Part shown: piece after piece, positions 10,389 to 20,057 of the stretch | How positions within the stretch are numbered: position 1 is the first letter of the stretch | How the letters are laid out: each line of letters begins with the position of its first letter | IMG/VR virus record: IMGVR_UViG_3300031993_000041 | Coordinates: 1 to 64,000 of that record | Direction: 5' to 3' (one strand) | Length of the DNA: 64,000 nt | Origin: a virus | Taxonomy: Duplodnaviria > Caudoviricetes | Program-made: the position numbers and the translations under genes | Notes under the pieces: generated by a model | Told to the model about the DNA's origin: nothing | Databases searched by the model: none | Seen by the model: the letters and a program-made list of their open reading frames with translations, nothing else

Positions 10389-11177
10389 TTATCCGAACAT
10401 TTGTTTCATAGTCATAATAAGTGAAATAAGCTGGTCTGATTCAAGCGCGAATATCTCTGGAATGTCGCTTTCTTTTATGCCTTTAAGCGAATTCGTGAAT
10501 GCGTAGAAATTTTTCACAACCTCACCTGCGACTTTGTTATCTTTATTGATTGCCTTGAATTTGTTTATTTTGTCGATAGCGCGTTTACGTATTTCATCAG
10601 GAATACCGTTGAAATCATCGCATGTCTCAACTTCGATGTTTGCGACAGGAGTCTCAAGTTTCGTAGGAGTACATTCGACTGAATCAGCATTTGTCTCGTC
10701 GCATAGTGCTGGGAGAAGCTCTTCAAGTATAGAAGAAAGCATTGGGTGGATTCTGATGTCGATATGTTTGTTTGCAGCTTTCGCTTCGTCTATCATTGCG
10801 TGGATATTCTTCATAGTCTCAGTCTTGGCCATTTCATTAAATGATTTTATCTGAGACATATCAAGAGGATTGATTACTTTCTGGTTTGATTCGTGGTCAA
10901 GCTCGACATGACAGAACGGGATGTACAAAGAAGCTTTCTCGTTGAATGAATGCAAGTAATATACGTTGCTGTCATTAGTTCTGACAAATGTATAGTTTTC
11001 AGCAATCATATTAAACAAGCCTTTCATACCTTCATTCACCTTTACTCTTTCACCGCTCTTCGAAAGAATGTTATGAGTCGCAAGCTGTTCGTCGCAGTCA
11101 GTTATTCCGTACTTGCTGAATGCTGCCTTGTCAGTGTCATTGTAATACACTTTATTAAGAAAATTCATACCTTCCAT
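10389..11177 (-). CDS. Hypothetical protein
   Basis: 262-aa ORF, co-oriented, normal codon style. Confidence 0.6.
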   Translation of the reverse strand: MEGMNFLNKVYYNDTDKAAFSKYGITDCDEQLATHNILSKSGERVKVNEGMKGLFNMIAENYTFVRTNDSNVYYLHSFNEKASLYIPFCHVELDHESNQKVINPLDMSQIKSFNEMAKTETMKNIHAMIDEAKAANKHIDIRIHPMLSSILEELLPALCDETNADSVECTPTKLETPVANIEVETCDDFNGIPDEIRKRAIDKINKFKAINKDNKVAGEVVKNFYAFTNSLKGIKESDIPEIFALESDQLISLIMTMKQMFG

Positions 11178-11242
11178 AGTTATAAATTTAAAATTTTGAA
11201 ATCTATTCCTTATATTTATTGTTTTGTTGTTTATGGATTATC

Positions 11243-11272
11243 AGGGCCTGCATAAATTACTACGCAGGCCTT
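11243..11272 (-). terminator. Putative terminator hairpin after the TS homologue
   Basis: GGCCTGC...GCAGGCC inverted repeat. Confidence 0.45.
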
Positions 11273-11289
11273 GAAATCCAAATGGTTGC

Positions 11290-11928
11290 TTAGACGTTCA
11301 AATTAAATTTCGCGTCTCTGTTTCCTGCGATAAGCTCCTTAGTCGGCTCGATATTGTTCTCGTACACGTGAGCGTTTCCAAAGAAAATCGTAATGTTGTC
11401 AAGAGGGACATCTATCTTTTTGGCAATCAAGTACAATTGGAAAATGTCGCTTGGAAGGCCTATGGAAGCGTCCGAACTCCTGATGTAAACAGTCTCAGTC
11501 AGTTTGCCGTCGTTAATCTGGAATTGAATAAGCGACAGGCAAGGCAGCTGGTTCGTCTCTATATTCGTAGCGCCGCCGTAGAACACATACGTTTTCGAAT
11601 TGCCTTTCTTTTCATTGATTTTCCTGATAAGTTCAGGCAATGCCTTGAAAAACGTAGGATACGTGTTCTGAAGCGTCGGATAACAGTAGTCCCACCAGCG
11701 GATTCCAACAGCCTGGTACGATTCGACAGCTGTTTCGCCTTTAAGCCACAGCTCGAGCTCAGCCTCAAGTTTTTTCTTCGCGATGGCCTTGCTTTCGAAT
11801 GTTTCCATAATATCTTGCTCGGTAAGAGTAAGCTTTTCGTTCAAAAGGTATTTAATATTACCTTTCTTGTTCTTCTGCTCCCTGCCTTCAGCAAGGATTT
11901 TTGAAAGTAAATCAAGATATTTTGACAT
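11290..11928 (-). CDS. Short thymidylate-synthase-family enzyme with dCMP-type active site (possible dCMP methylase/hydroxymethylase)
   Basis: LPC catalytic Cys, QF, RSSD..GLPSD (Asp where ThyA has Asn177), GNAHVY. Confidence 0.8.
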   Translation of the reverse strand: MSKYLDLLSKILAEGREQKNKKGNIKYLLNEKLTLTEQDIMETFESKAIAKKKLEAELELWLKGETAVESYQAVGIRWWDYCYPTLQNTYPTFFKALPELIRKINEKKGNSKTYVFYGGATNIETNQLPCLSLIQFQINDGKLTETVYIRSSDASIGLPSDIFQLYLIAKKIDVPLDNITIFFGNAHVYENNIEPTKELIAGNRDAKFNLNV

Positions 11929-11940
11929 AACTTATAAAGA

Positions 11941-12423
11941 TTAGAATTCAACAAAGTAGTCAAGAACGATAAGAGGAATATCGCTGTCGCTCATCATATC
12001 AGAGAAATTCATCTGCATATTTCTGATGTCGACTTTCTTGATAGTCACTTCCGTCTGTTGTCTCATAAAGCCGTCGAGCACTTCTCTCTCGAATTTCTGA
12101 TAGTTTTCGATTTCTTCTTTGTACTGCTCGTTAACTCGTTTCAGCTCTTCTTCAATCAGGTCATTCTTTTCCTTGTCTGTGTTTTTCACGACATAAGAAG
12201 CAGCTGCCTGATAACGTTTGAATCCGTCAATGACTTTCGCGTTGTCTTTCTGGATTTCGTCAAACTTCTTGCTGACGTCAAGAATTGCTTCCGACATGCT
12301 CCGCGCATTTGAACAATAGATTAGTTTGTAAAGGAACTTTTTAAGGTTTCCGTTTTCAACGTTGGCGAAAAAGTCCTTGACTGCAAGGAGGTCGCCATAA
12401 CTCAATTTTACTGTATTATCCAT
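11941..12423 (-). CDS. Hypothetical coiled-coil protein
   Basis: 160-aa charged helical ORF in operon. Confidence 0.6.
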   Translation of the reverse strand: MDNTVKLSYGDLLAVKDFFANVENGNLKKFLYKLIYCSNARSMSEAILDVSKKFDEIQKDNAKVIDGFKRYQAAASYVVKNTDKEKNDLIEEELKRVNEQYKEEIENYQKFEREVLDGFMRQQTEVTIKKVDIRNMQMNFSDMMSDSDIPLIVLDYFVEF

Positions 12424-12426
12424 ATT

Positions 12427-13941
12427 TTATATATTAAAAATTGTTTTTTCATTCTTAAAACTCTGGCCGTCGTAAAGCTTCTTGCGCTCTGCGGCGTGCC
12501 TGTAGCTTATACATCCGGAATATAAGTTGTCGCAAATATCGTAGATATATGCGTAATCTTTGTCGTCGCCTTTTCTCAAAAGCCTTCCGACAGACTGCAG
12601 AATTATTGTCGGCGACTTATACGATTCAGTAAGTATGAGGTAGTTGAGGCTGGTAATGCTTATACCGGTGCTGCATGTACCGTATGTCGCTATTATCACG
12701 GAATTTTTCGACTGCTCGACCTGCTTCTTTATTGCGTCACGCTTCTCTACCGTCGTCTCTCCGCTGATGACGAGCACATTCCTTTTCCTGAATACGTCAC
12801 GCATACGGTCCCTCATCTTTTCAAGGTACTTTATATGCTGGCACAATATCAGCACGTTTCCGTTGCATTCTGAAACGAGTTCTATGATATGAGCAAGCCT
12901 CTTATCGTCTTCGAGTACATATTCCCTTTCAGCCGTCCATAGCTTTGTGCTCACCTGGCGCTTGTAGTCTTCGTCAGCTCCTTTCAGCATCTTTTTGATA
13001 TTCTTCATATCATTAAGGTTTTCATCGTTCCTCTTCTTGTAATCGAGAACCCTCTGGTATATCATACAATCCGAAATATATCCGGAATCCTGGAGGTCTT
13101 TCGCCTTAATGTTTATGACAAGAGGTCCGAGGACGCATGCGGTATGAAGAGCCGGGGAATATTTGAAGTCAAGGTCTATCGTTCCAGACATCCCTATCTT
13201 ATACCTGCAGCTGCAGTTCTCGACTATCTTTGTCTCAGACTTGCAAATAATTTTATGGCATTCATCTATAACCACGCAGTCAAACTTGTTATAATAATAT
13301 ATGTCTTTCGTCGCCATTGTCTGATATGTACTGACAACGACGTTAGCCTGGTCTGAAATATCTTCTTGGCCTGCATAAAGTCCGCAAAACCTGAATTTTC
13401 CAGCTATGAAGCTGTCGAAATCTTTTTTGGCCTGCGTCACGAGTGATGTCGTTGGCACGACCATAAGAATTCTTTTCGCTCTTCCGGTATCAAGTAAGTA
13501 AGAAAATATAAGAAAGGCTATAAGTGTCTTTCCGGCACTTGTCGCAAGCATTGTCGTGCAGCGCTTGTATTTCACGGCCTTGTGAGCAGCCTCTATCTGG
13601 TATTCCCTTGGTTTGAAGTCGGAATCCTTCATAAGGTTTTCCACGTATTTCTTGAAGTCGTCGTATTCTATCATATCTATAGAAGGCTTGACGACATCGA
13701 GAAGGTTCGACTGAATGCCGGCATTCTTAAGGACCTTGTTAAGGTACGACCAGCTTCCGAAAGGTATATATCTTCCGCTGATATACTTGAAGTTGCCGTC
13801 CCATGACCCCCTCCTGTATGCCATAGAATACTTATAGGCCTTTGTTGGCTTCGTATACGCGCCAAGCAAAAGCTTATACTCGAACTGAGAGCATTCCTCT
13901 ATTTCTATAAAGTTATCCCCTAATCTATGCCTAAACTTCAT
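12427..13941 (-). CDS. uvsW: UvsW-like superfamily 2 DNA helicase
   Basis: PREYQ, LATSAGKT, VVIDECH, GMSGT, ATYGTCSTGISI, QSVGRLLR. Confidence 0.92.
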   Translation of the reverse strand: MKFRHRLGDNFIEIEECSQFEYKLLLGAYTKPTKAYKYSMAYRRGSWDGNFKYISGRYIPFGSWSYLNKVLKNAGIQSNLLDVVKPSIDMIEYDDFKKYVENLMKDSDFKPREYQIEAAHKAVKYKRCTTMLATSAGKTLIAFLIFSYLLDTGRAKRILMVVPTTSLVTQAKKDFDSFIAGKFRFCGLYAGQEDISDQANVVVSTYQTMATKDIYYYNKFDCVVIDECHKIICKSETKIVENCSCRYKIGMSGTIDLDFKYSPALHTACVLGPLVINIKAKDLQDSGYISDCMIYQRVLDYKKRNDENLNDMKNIKKMLKGADEDYKRQVSTKLWTAEREYVLEDDKRLAHIIELVSECNGNVLILCQHIKYLEKMRDRMRDVFRKRNVLVISGETTVEKRDAIKKQVEQSKNSVIIATYGTCSTGISITSLNYLILTESYKSPTIILQSVGRLLRKGDDKDYAYIYDICDNLYSGCISYRHAAERKKLYDGQSFKNEKTIFNI

Positions 13942-14486
13942 TTCCTTAATATAGATTGTATATAATAAACAACGTTTTTCAGGTTTATCGGGTCAGAAAC
14001 TGTATTTTCTTTTATGATTATGTCATATTCTTCAGGATTGGCAAGCGTGTAGAGCTTTTCTTCAGCTACCATTAAATTTTCCATTTTTTCTCTGGATGCT
14101 GGGTCTTTTATCCTTGATATGCGTTTCATGTGCGATGTTTCGTCAGCATTGACAAAGATTGTTCCGAAATCGCGGAATTCAGGATAATCCGAAAGCATGT
14201 CAGTAGTCACCATGGCAAGCTTCGCGTATTTTATGTCTTTCTGCTTTATGCCGTAAAGATAGCCGTCGTGTTCGTACAGTCGACGTATCTTCTCATATCT
14301 CTCCATCTTCTTGAGCTTGTCGGTGTCGACATACGCGTATCCGAGCGTATCAGCCTTTTCAGGATTGTCGGTGTAGATTTCCAGCAACGAGTTAGAATAG
14401 AAAGGCAGCTTCATGAGTTCTGAGACGAATTCAAGCTTGCCGCTGTAAGTTTTTCCGAGTATGACTACTTTTGATTTTCCGCACAT
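13938..14486 (-). CDS. Guanylate-kinase-like nucleotide kinase
   Basis: N-terminal P-loop ILGKTYSGK; HDGYLYGI segment typical of the GMP-kinase fold. Confidence 0.6.
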   Translation of the reverse strand: MCGKSKVVILGKTYSGKLEFVSELMKLPFYSNSLLEIYTDNPEKADTLGYAYVDTDKLKKMERYEKIRRLYEHDGYLYGIKQKDIKYAKLAMVTTDMLSDYPEFRDFGTIFVNADETSHMKRISRIKDPASREKMENLMVAEEKLYTLANPEEYDIIIKENTVSDPINLKNVVYYIQSILRK

Positions 14487-14529
14487 TGTCTATAACTATA
14501 AATAAATTAGTAATTACTATATCATATTT

Positions 14530-16188
14530 ATGCGAAGAGTTTATAACCAAGAATTTGAGTCAGTTGCCGGGATATATAAGATTTCGTATACCGGCGACCG
14601 AACTTTATATTTCTCCATATCTGAAGACGGGAAAATTTTTTCTGAATGGCTCGAGGCGACACATGCAAACCTTTCGAAGTTCGCGAGGCCGGAAAACCAT
14701 AAAATATATATTGTCCTTGGACTGCAGCTGGAATCGTCTGAGGAATCGGAATCATCAGAAGACATAGATATTGATATAGAAATCGAGACCGTCAGCATGA
14801 AAGGAGATACAAACGAATGCGTCGTATCCAAAACGAAGGTGTCATCCGGATGCGGCCCTGGCGAAAGCTCAATATTCGTGGATTCTGAAAAACTCGGCGT
14901 AGCTGACGCGAAACCGTTCAGCCCTTATACAGCGACATCTGCAGCGGCGGCTCTTACGGAACAGCTCAACAAAGCGATAAATGAAGCCCTTGGCGTAACG
15001 GTCAAATACTTTAAGACGAAACCTGACACGAGGACAGAAGACTATATCCTCAACGAATACAGCCTAAGGAATGTCGTCGACCATAAATGCGTGAAGATTA
15101 TGATACCTAACAACGCCCTACCGTCTACCGACATCCAATTTAACCCGCTTATGATGGACTACCCGACGATGTTCACGGTACACATACTTAAAAAACATTT
15201 CAGGGAGATATTCGGAGAAAAATCTCATCCGGATACCGGAGACTATATCTATGTCGACACCATCTTCCATAACATGTATGAAATCAATAGTGTCATAGAC
15301 GATACGAGATATGAAGAAGTGTCGAGCTATTGGATAGTCTCGCTTAAACAGTTCGAAAAGAGGGCTGAAAGAATATACAAGGATGATGAAGAAGGCAAGG
15401 AGCTTCTTGACGATACTATGATGGTAATATCAGGTACAGGCGATTTCTATGAAGAAAGCCTTGAAGACAAAGCGCATGACTCTATGGAGAAAGCCGCTCA
15501 CACAATGCAGGAAAAAGTTTCATACAATGACGGCAACGGATACGACCAACTACGGACTCATATCGATTCAAAAGTAAAAATTACTGAAGACATCCTCAAA
15601 AACAGGATGACGGTAATATCAGAGAACCAATATGATATGTCAGGCGCGAAAGAAATGATTGCTGTCACTTACAACGAGCAAGTGGATATGTCTTCAAAAG
15701 ACAACCAAAGAACCTTGTCTTTCATATTCAGTATGAATACCGCCAAGAACTGCTCTCTGTTCAGAGCCGACTCTGAAGAAGGATATATGTCTATAAGCGT
15801 AAAGGACTACACACTGACAGCCGACATAAACGGTACAAGCTACAAATATCAGAATGTAAGCTCCGACACGTTATACGGAATCGTATACATGTACAATAAC
15901 GGAATATCGGTCATGCACCTTTATGAGTTTACGCCTGTCGGAGTTATGAACTATGCCGAAAAGAAAGTCTCCGAAATATCGAAGAATATCAAAAGGTTCT
16001 CATTGAAGAATTCCACAATATCGTTATGCGGATTCGACGGTTTCATAACAAATCTGAGGATACTTGGAAAGACATTGTCTGAAGAAAATATCACATTGCT
16101 TCTGACTCAGACCCTTATTAAGGACTCTCATCTGCTTTTACTTGCAGACAATGCCAGGAAGAGACTTAACGCCACATCGGTCTATTAG
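14530..16188 (+). CDS. Neck/head-tail adaptor protein, T4 gp14-like, with C-terminal beta-sandwich extension
   Basis: GVTVKYFKT.PD...DYILNEY...F.VHI.K..F.EIFG...PD.GDYIY..MYEINSV pattern; TATAAATA at 14497-14504. Confidence 0.6.
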   Translation: MRRVYNQEFESVAGIYKISYTGDRTLYFSISEDGKIFSEWLEATHANLSKFARPENHKIYIVLGLQLESSEESESSEDIDIDIEIETVSMKGDTNECVVSKTKVSSGCGPGESSIFVDSEKLGVADAKPFSPYTATSAAAALTEQLNKAINEALGVTVKYFKTKPDTRTEDYILNEYSLRNVVDHKCVKIMIPNNALPSTDIQFNPLMMDYPTMFTVHILKKHFREIFGEKSHPDTGDYIYVDTIFHNMYEINSVIDDTRYEEVSSYWIVSLKQFEKRAERIYKDDEEGKELLDDTMMVISGTGDFYEESLEDKAHDSMEKAAHTMQEKVSYNDGNGYDQLRTHIDSKVKITEDILKNRMTVISENQYDMSGAKEMIAVTYNEQVDMSSKDNQRTLSFIFSMNTAKNCSLFRADSEEGYMSISVKDYTLTADINGTSYKYQNVSSDTLYGIVYMYNNGISVMHLYEFTPVGVMNYAEKKVSEISKNIKRFSLKNSTISLCGFDGFITNLRILGKTLSEENITLLLTQTLIKDSHLLLLADNARKRLNATSVY

Positions 16189-17198
16189 CCTTTTATGAAA
16201 GACATATCGTCGTCAAGCTTGTGGTGCTTGAACAGCGTCGCCTGCCGTACATCGGTCTCCTGCTGCTGTTCAGGCTTATAAATCCCAGCAACCTTCAGAT
16301 ATGAGTTCTTCGAAGGCAGGAAGAATTCGTTAGTATTGATATTAAGCTCTTGAGATTCAGACATTTTCCGCATGATGACTGAATCAATAGCAGACTCTGA
16401 AAGCACAGTAAGTCTGATATTCGTTTTAAGCGTTTCTGGGACACTTTCAGGCTCGACCTTAGTACTTTTACCAAGAAACGGCAAAATTGCTTTAGATGCG
16501 TCCGAAACGTGCTCCATGATGTAATCAGACACATTTCCGTCCGTATTCTGCTTTAACGCCTGATAAATCTTTTCAAATTTCACGTCGCCAATTCCATATA
16601 TGCCTGGTACTTCGTCAGACTTGCAGCCGCATATAATTTTCTTCGCTCTTTCCTTGTCAGCAATAACAGTCTTAGTGGAATGCTTCACGTTAATGACTTC
16701 CGGCAACATAAGGGAGTCTGGCGTTATCAAAGTATTGTTTATGGCGTCGTACCTGAAACACGTATCAGATATTAGCTGGTTGAAATCATTGTCGCCTGAG
16801 ACTATGACAGATACATACTTGTCATTCTTCACCTTATAGAAAATGACGTCGTCAGCCTCGCAGTTCTCGCAGGAAATAATTCTCGTGTTTATTCTTCTGA
16901 GGAAATCCTCAAAACGCATAGAGACAATCTGCATATTGTCGAAATTTATTCCCTTGTCGTCGTTCTGGCGTTCTTTCTTATATTCAGTCATATAATTCTT
17001 ACGCCAGCTGACGTGGTCTTTAACGAAGTAGACCTCGTTGCACGCCCCGAAACGGTTAAGCATGTTAAACATCGATATAGCGAGACTTTCATAATAAGTG
17101 TCTCTTTCGCTGTCTGTAGCAAGTTCTGGATTCGTACCTGTTGCGAAAAGTATCCTGTAATAGAAATTGCTTGCGTCTATGTAAATGTTTGTCCTCAT
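16185..17198 (-). CDS. rnh: 5'-3' exonuclease / T4 RNase H-like flap nuclease
   Basis: IDASN, EADDVI, SGDNDFNQL, GCKSDEVPGI (H3TH), GIG. Confidence 0.87.
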   Translation of the reverse strand: MRTNIYIDASNFYYRILFATGTNPELATDSERDTYYESLAISMFNMLNRFGACNEVYFVKDHVSWRKNYMTEYKKERQNDDKGINFDNMQIVSMRFEDFLRRINTRIISCENCEADDVIFYKVKNDKYVSVIVSGDNDFNQLISDTCFRYDAINNTLITPDSLMLPEVINVKHSTKTVIADKERAKKIICGCKSDEVPGIYGIGDVKFEKIYQALKQNTDGNVSDYIMEHVSDASKAILPFLGKSTKVEPESVPETLKTNIRLTVLSESAIDSVIMRKMSESQELNINTNEFFLPSKNSYLKVAGIYKPEQQQETDVRQATLFKHHKLDDDMSFIKG

Positions 17199-17200
17199 CC

Positions 17201-18178
17201 TTATTTCTTATGTTCAGTCAAATGTTGTCTTATCGTGTTTATGCAGGCGAGGAGCGCAATGACTTTGTCGAATGATGCAGGCAACTGAGCGCTGTAAGTC
17301 TGTACGTCTACTACCATGATACCAAGAAGTTCAGGGCGTTCAGCAAGAATTCTGTCAAGGAATTCGTGGTTGAGCCATTCAAAGAACCCGTTAATGTCGC
17401 TGACCTTCATCACCACATCCTTATAGACTTCAGGGAATTTCAAGGAAAGGTCTGTCGTCATACGCCACATGAAATCAGCGTCAACGTAACCGTTAATGAA
17501 TTCCTTTACATCATCGACAGTCATATCGACACCACCTCTGTTCTTGAACACGTTAAGGCATTGGTATACCTTTCTCATATCCGGCAAGAATGACTTCAGC
17601 ATAAGGTCAGACGCATCTTCAGAAACCTTTATCCCTTCAGCGTTACAGACTATCTGCAGAAGTTTCTTGAAATTAGGATATATCTCAGCAAGCTCGTCCT
17701 TGGTGATGTCAAACTGCAGGCAAAGACATCTGCTGACTATGAAATCAGGTATCTTGTTGAAATAATTGCAGGTGAATATGAACCGTGTGTTAATCGAATA
17801 TTCCTCGATAAGCGAGCGTAACGCCGTGAAGGCATTTTTCGTAAGCATGTCTGCCTCATCGATGAACACTATCTTGACGGCGCTGTCTGAATCTATCGAC
17901 AAGGAACGCTCTGACGCGAATGCCGTTATTTTCTCACGTATGGTATCAATACCGTTGTCAGCGGAACCATTGATATACAAGTAATGTGACTTCGACTGAC
18001 GTATGATTGCCTTTGCGACCGTTGTCTTTCCGCAACCGGGAGCTCCGTAAAACACGTAATTAAGTATCTTGTCATTCGCCTCGTGCGGAAGCTTGTCTTG
18101 TATACGCTTAGGCAATACGACATTTTTTACTGCCTTCGGACGGTATTTCTCCGTGAATAATTCGTTTTTTATACTCAT
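17201..18178 (-). CDS. Clamp loader AAA+ subunit (gp44/RFC small)
   Basis: EKYRP, GAPGCGKTT, IDEAD, FIFTCN, SRC. Confidence 0.92.
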   Translation of the reverse strand: MSIKNELFTEKYRPKAVKNVVLPKRIQDKLPHEANDKILNYVFYGAPGCGKTTVAKAIIRQSKSHYLYINGSADNGIDTIREKITAFASERSLSIDSDSAVKIVFIDEADMLTKNAFTALRSLIEEYSINTRFIFTCNYFNKIPDFIVSRCLCLQFDITKDELAEIYPNFKKLLQIVCNAEGIKVSEDASDLMLKSFLPDMRKVYQCLNVFKNRGGVDMTVDDVKEFINGYVDADFMWRMTTDLSLKFPEVYKDVVMKVSDINGFFEWLNHEFLDRILAERPELLGIMVVDVQTYSAQLPASFDKVIALLACINTIRQHLTEHKK

Positions 18179-18191
18179 AGCATATTTTGCT

Positions 18192-18383
18192 TTATATTGT
18201 TTTACAATTAGCGTGCCGGTTTTCCATCAACATCTTATACCTTGCAGGCAAAACTACAGATACGTTGCAGTTATCACAGCATCTGCCGTCATTACGTACA
18301 GGCTCCGGATTGTTGCCGTAACCGAGAAACCATCTTCTGCAGATACAGCATTGCTTTGGCTTATTTTCTGTATTTCCTCCCAT
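18192..18383 (-). CDS. Small Cys-rich zinc-binding phage protein
   Basis: CCIC...GYGNNPEP...GRCCDNCN...PAR. Confidence 0.65.
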   Translation of the reverse strand: MGGNTENKPKQCCICRRWFLGYGNNPEPVRNDGRCCDNCNVSVVLPARYKMLMENRHANCKTI

Positions 18384-18745
18384 TACTTGTTCATTTTTTC
18401 GTAGTACTTATTCACTTTTTCCTGGTATTCAAGGATTTCTTCGTATTCCTTGGTATTGAAGTGTTCGTTACAAAGCTTTTGAAGTCTTTCAATATCTTCA
18501 AGCGTGAACAAATCTTTGAAAGTGTCGTTGTGCATGCAGATAAGCCCTGATGTTGCTCCAACCGAAAAACTGATAGGGCCGATTATCGGAAGCGTAAACT
18601 TGACAACGCAAATATAGCTATTGGAATACGGTGGACAAAATTTCATGTTGAGAGATTTGTCATTATTGAAAATCATCTCTTTCAACGCTTCCGTGAATTT
18701 GTTCAAGTTTCCGAGCATTTGCTCGTTAAGAGTTTGTTTTGCCAT
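18383..18745 (-). CDS. Hypothetical protein
   Basis: 120-aa ORF, AAGTT-ATG start, promoter motif upstream. Confidence 0.6.
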   Translation of the reverse strand: MAKQTLNEQMLGNLNKFTEALKEMIFNNDKSLNMKFCPPYSNSYICVVKFTLPIIGPISFSVGATSGLICMHNDTFKDLFTLEDIERLQKLCNEHFNTKEYEEILEYQEKVNKYYEKMNK

Positions 18746-18757
18746 AACTTTATCGTT

Positions 18758-19801
18758 TTAGTTTTTTATTTTGTTTGTATATAAAAAACAACGTTTTCCT
18801 GAATCTTTGTCTCTTTTTATCAGAAGCCTCTTGAAAAGTTTTCGTCCATTCAATGTCGGCGTCGTATATCCGATTATCTTAAACTGACAACAGCAGTATT
18901 TGTTAATGAATGTTATCGGCACTCCCATAACGTCGTAGTAATTGCAAGGTATCTCGCTTACCTTCGAAACCTCTATGGCTTCGCAGTCGTCATATTTCAT
19001 ATAAATGTTTTCGTCATATTTCGCCGTTAATTCCATAGGTTCATTGCACTTTGACGACGATACATTTGAAAACCAGACGACACCTGGCACTCGTACCAGC
19101 CCTCTGTCATATCCATCTAAAAGACTTTCGTAAGCGCTTCTAATAAAGAAGTCGGCTCTTCCTTCAAATGTGTTGTCGATATGTACATTACCGTTTATGA
19201 TTTCCTCTATGACCTCATCCCTGATGACAGAAATTTGGTTGCCTATGATTATGAACTTTTTCTGATATGCTATCAGCTGCTTAAAGAAATCAGAAAATTT
19301 GCTAATAGGCGGATTCGTCACTATAATATCTGACTCCGACAGAATATCAACGCATTCGTCTGACATAAAATCACCATTGCCTTCAAGCTTTGTGACTTTA
19401 CCACCATATTTTTCTATTAGTTCCTCGCCATATAAATTCAGGCCTTCATAATAACAGACATTAGGAACAGAATCGACTTCAAGCTTTAAGGCTTCTTGTT
19501 TTTCAATATCACCGTCTTCAAATAAGTCAAGCTGCTTATATCCGCCATCATAGCATGTTGCATAAAGCTTCTTCAAACCAAGACTATTGAAGTTCACTAA
19601 GAAATACTTGACAAAATCGCTCTTATATGGGTTATCGCAGTTGCAATAGACTACCTTGCCTCTGAAACTATGCTTGTATCGACTCATCTCCGATTCTATA
19701 TCTGATATATCAGTATAAAATTCGTCACGCTTTGACATTCGTGCGTATTTTCTTCTTTTACTAATGTATGGCATTTTCGTTGTTATTTTTAATCTCGTCA
19801 A
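18758..19801 (-). CDS. Adenine-specific DNA methyltransferase, EcoRI family
   Basis: DEFYT, GKVVYCNCDNP, LGLKKL, GNGDF.S.EC, DIIVTNPP(I)S, GVPITF. Confidence 0.85.
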   Translation of the reverse strand: MTRLKITTKMPYISKRRKYARMSKRDEFYTDISDIESEMSRYKHSFRGKVVYCNCDNPYKSDFVKYFLVNFNSLGLKKLYATCYDGGYKQLDLFEDGDIEKQEALKLEVDSVPNVCYYEGLNLYGEELIEKYGGKVTKLEGNGDFMSDECVDILSESDIIVTNPPISKFSDFFKQLIAYQKKFIIIGNQISVIRDEVIEEIINGNVHIDNTFEGRADFFIRSAYESLLDGYDRGLVRVPGVVWFSNVSSSKCNEPMELTAKYDENIYMKYDDCEAIEVSKVSEIPCNYYDVMGVPITFINKYCCCQFKIIGYTTPTLNGRKLFKRLLIKRDKDSGKRCFLYTNKIKN

Positions 19802-20054
19802 TTATCCTGCAGAATTTACAGCAGTAAAAATTCTCGACTTTAAGTTTCTTTAATGATATAAGCATCTCATTATATGTCACCGTGCGGTATTCGTCCAACA
19901 TATATTTCTCGAGGCTTGAGTCTTTTATCGTAGAAATAATCATAAGGAGCTCATGTCTGAAATAATACACGCTGTTGTTCCTCACCAAAATGTATATGCA
20001 CGGGAGCGGCAGCACCATCAATATGAGATATAAGATTAGAATAATCGTCTCCAT
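19761..20054 (-). CDS. Hypothetical protein with N-terminal TM helix
   Basis: Hydrophobic N-terminus; V.YNEMLISLKKLK motif. Confidence 0.55.
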   Translation of the reverse strand: METIILILYLILMVLPLPCIYILVRNNSVYYFRHELLMIISTIKDSSLEKYMLDEYRTVTYNEMLISLKKLKVENFYCCKFCRIIDEIKNNNENAIH

Positions 20055-20057
20055 AAA

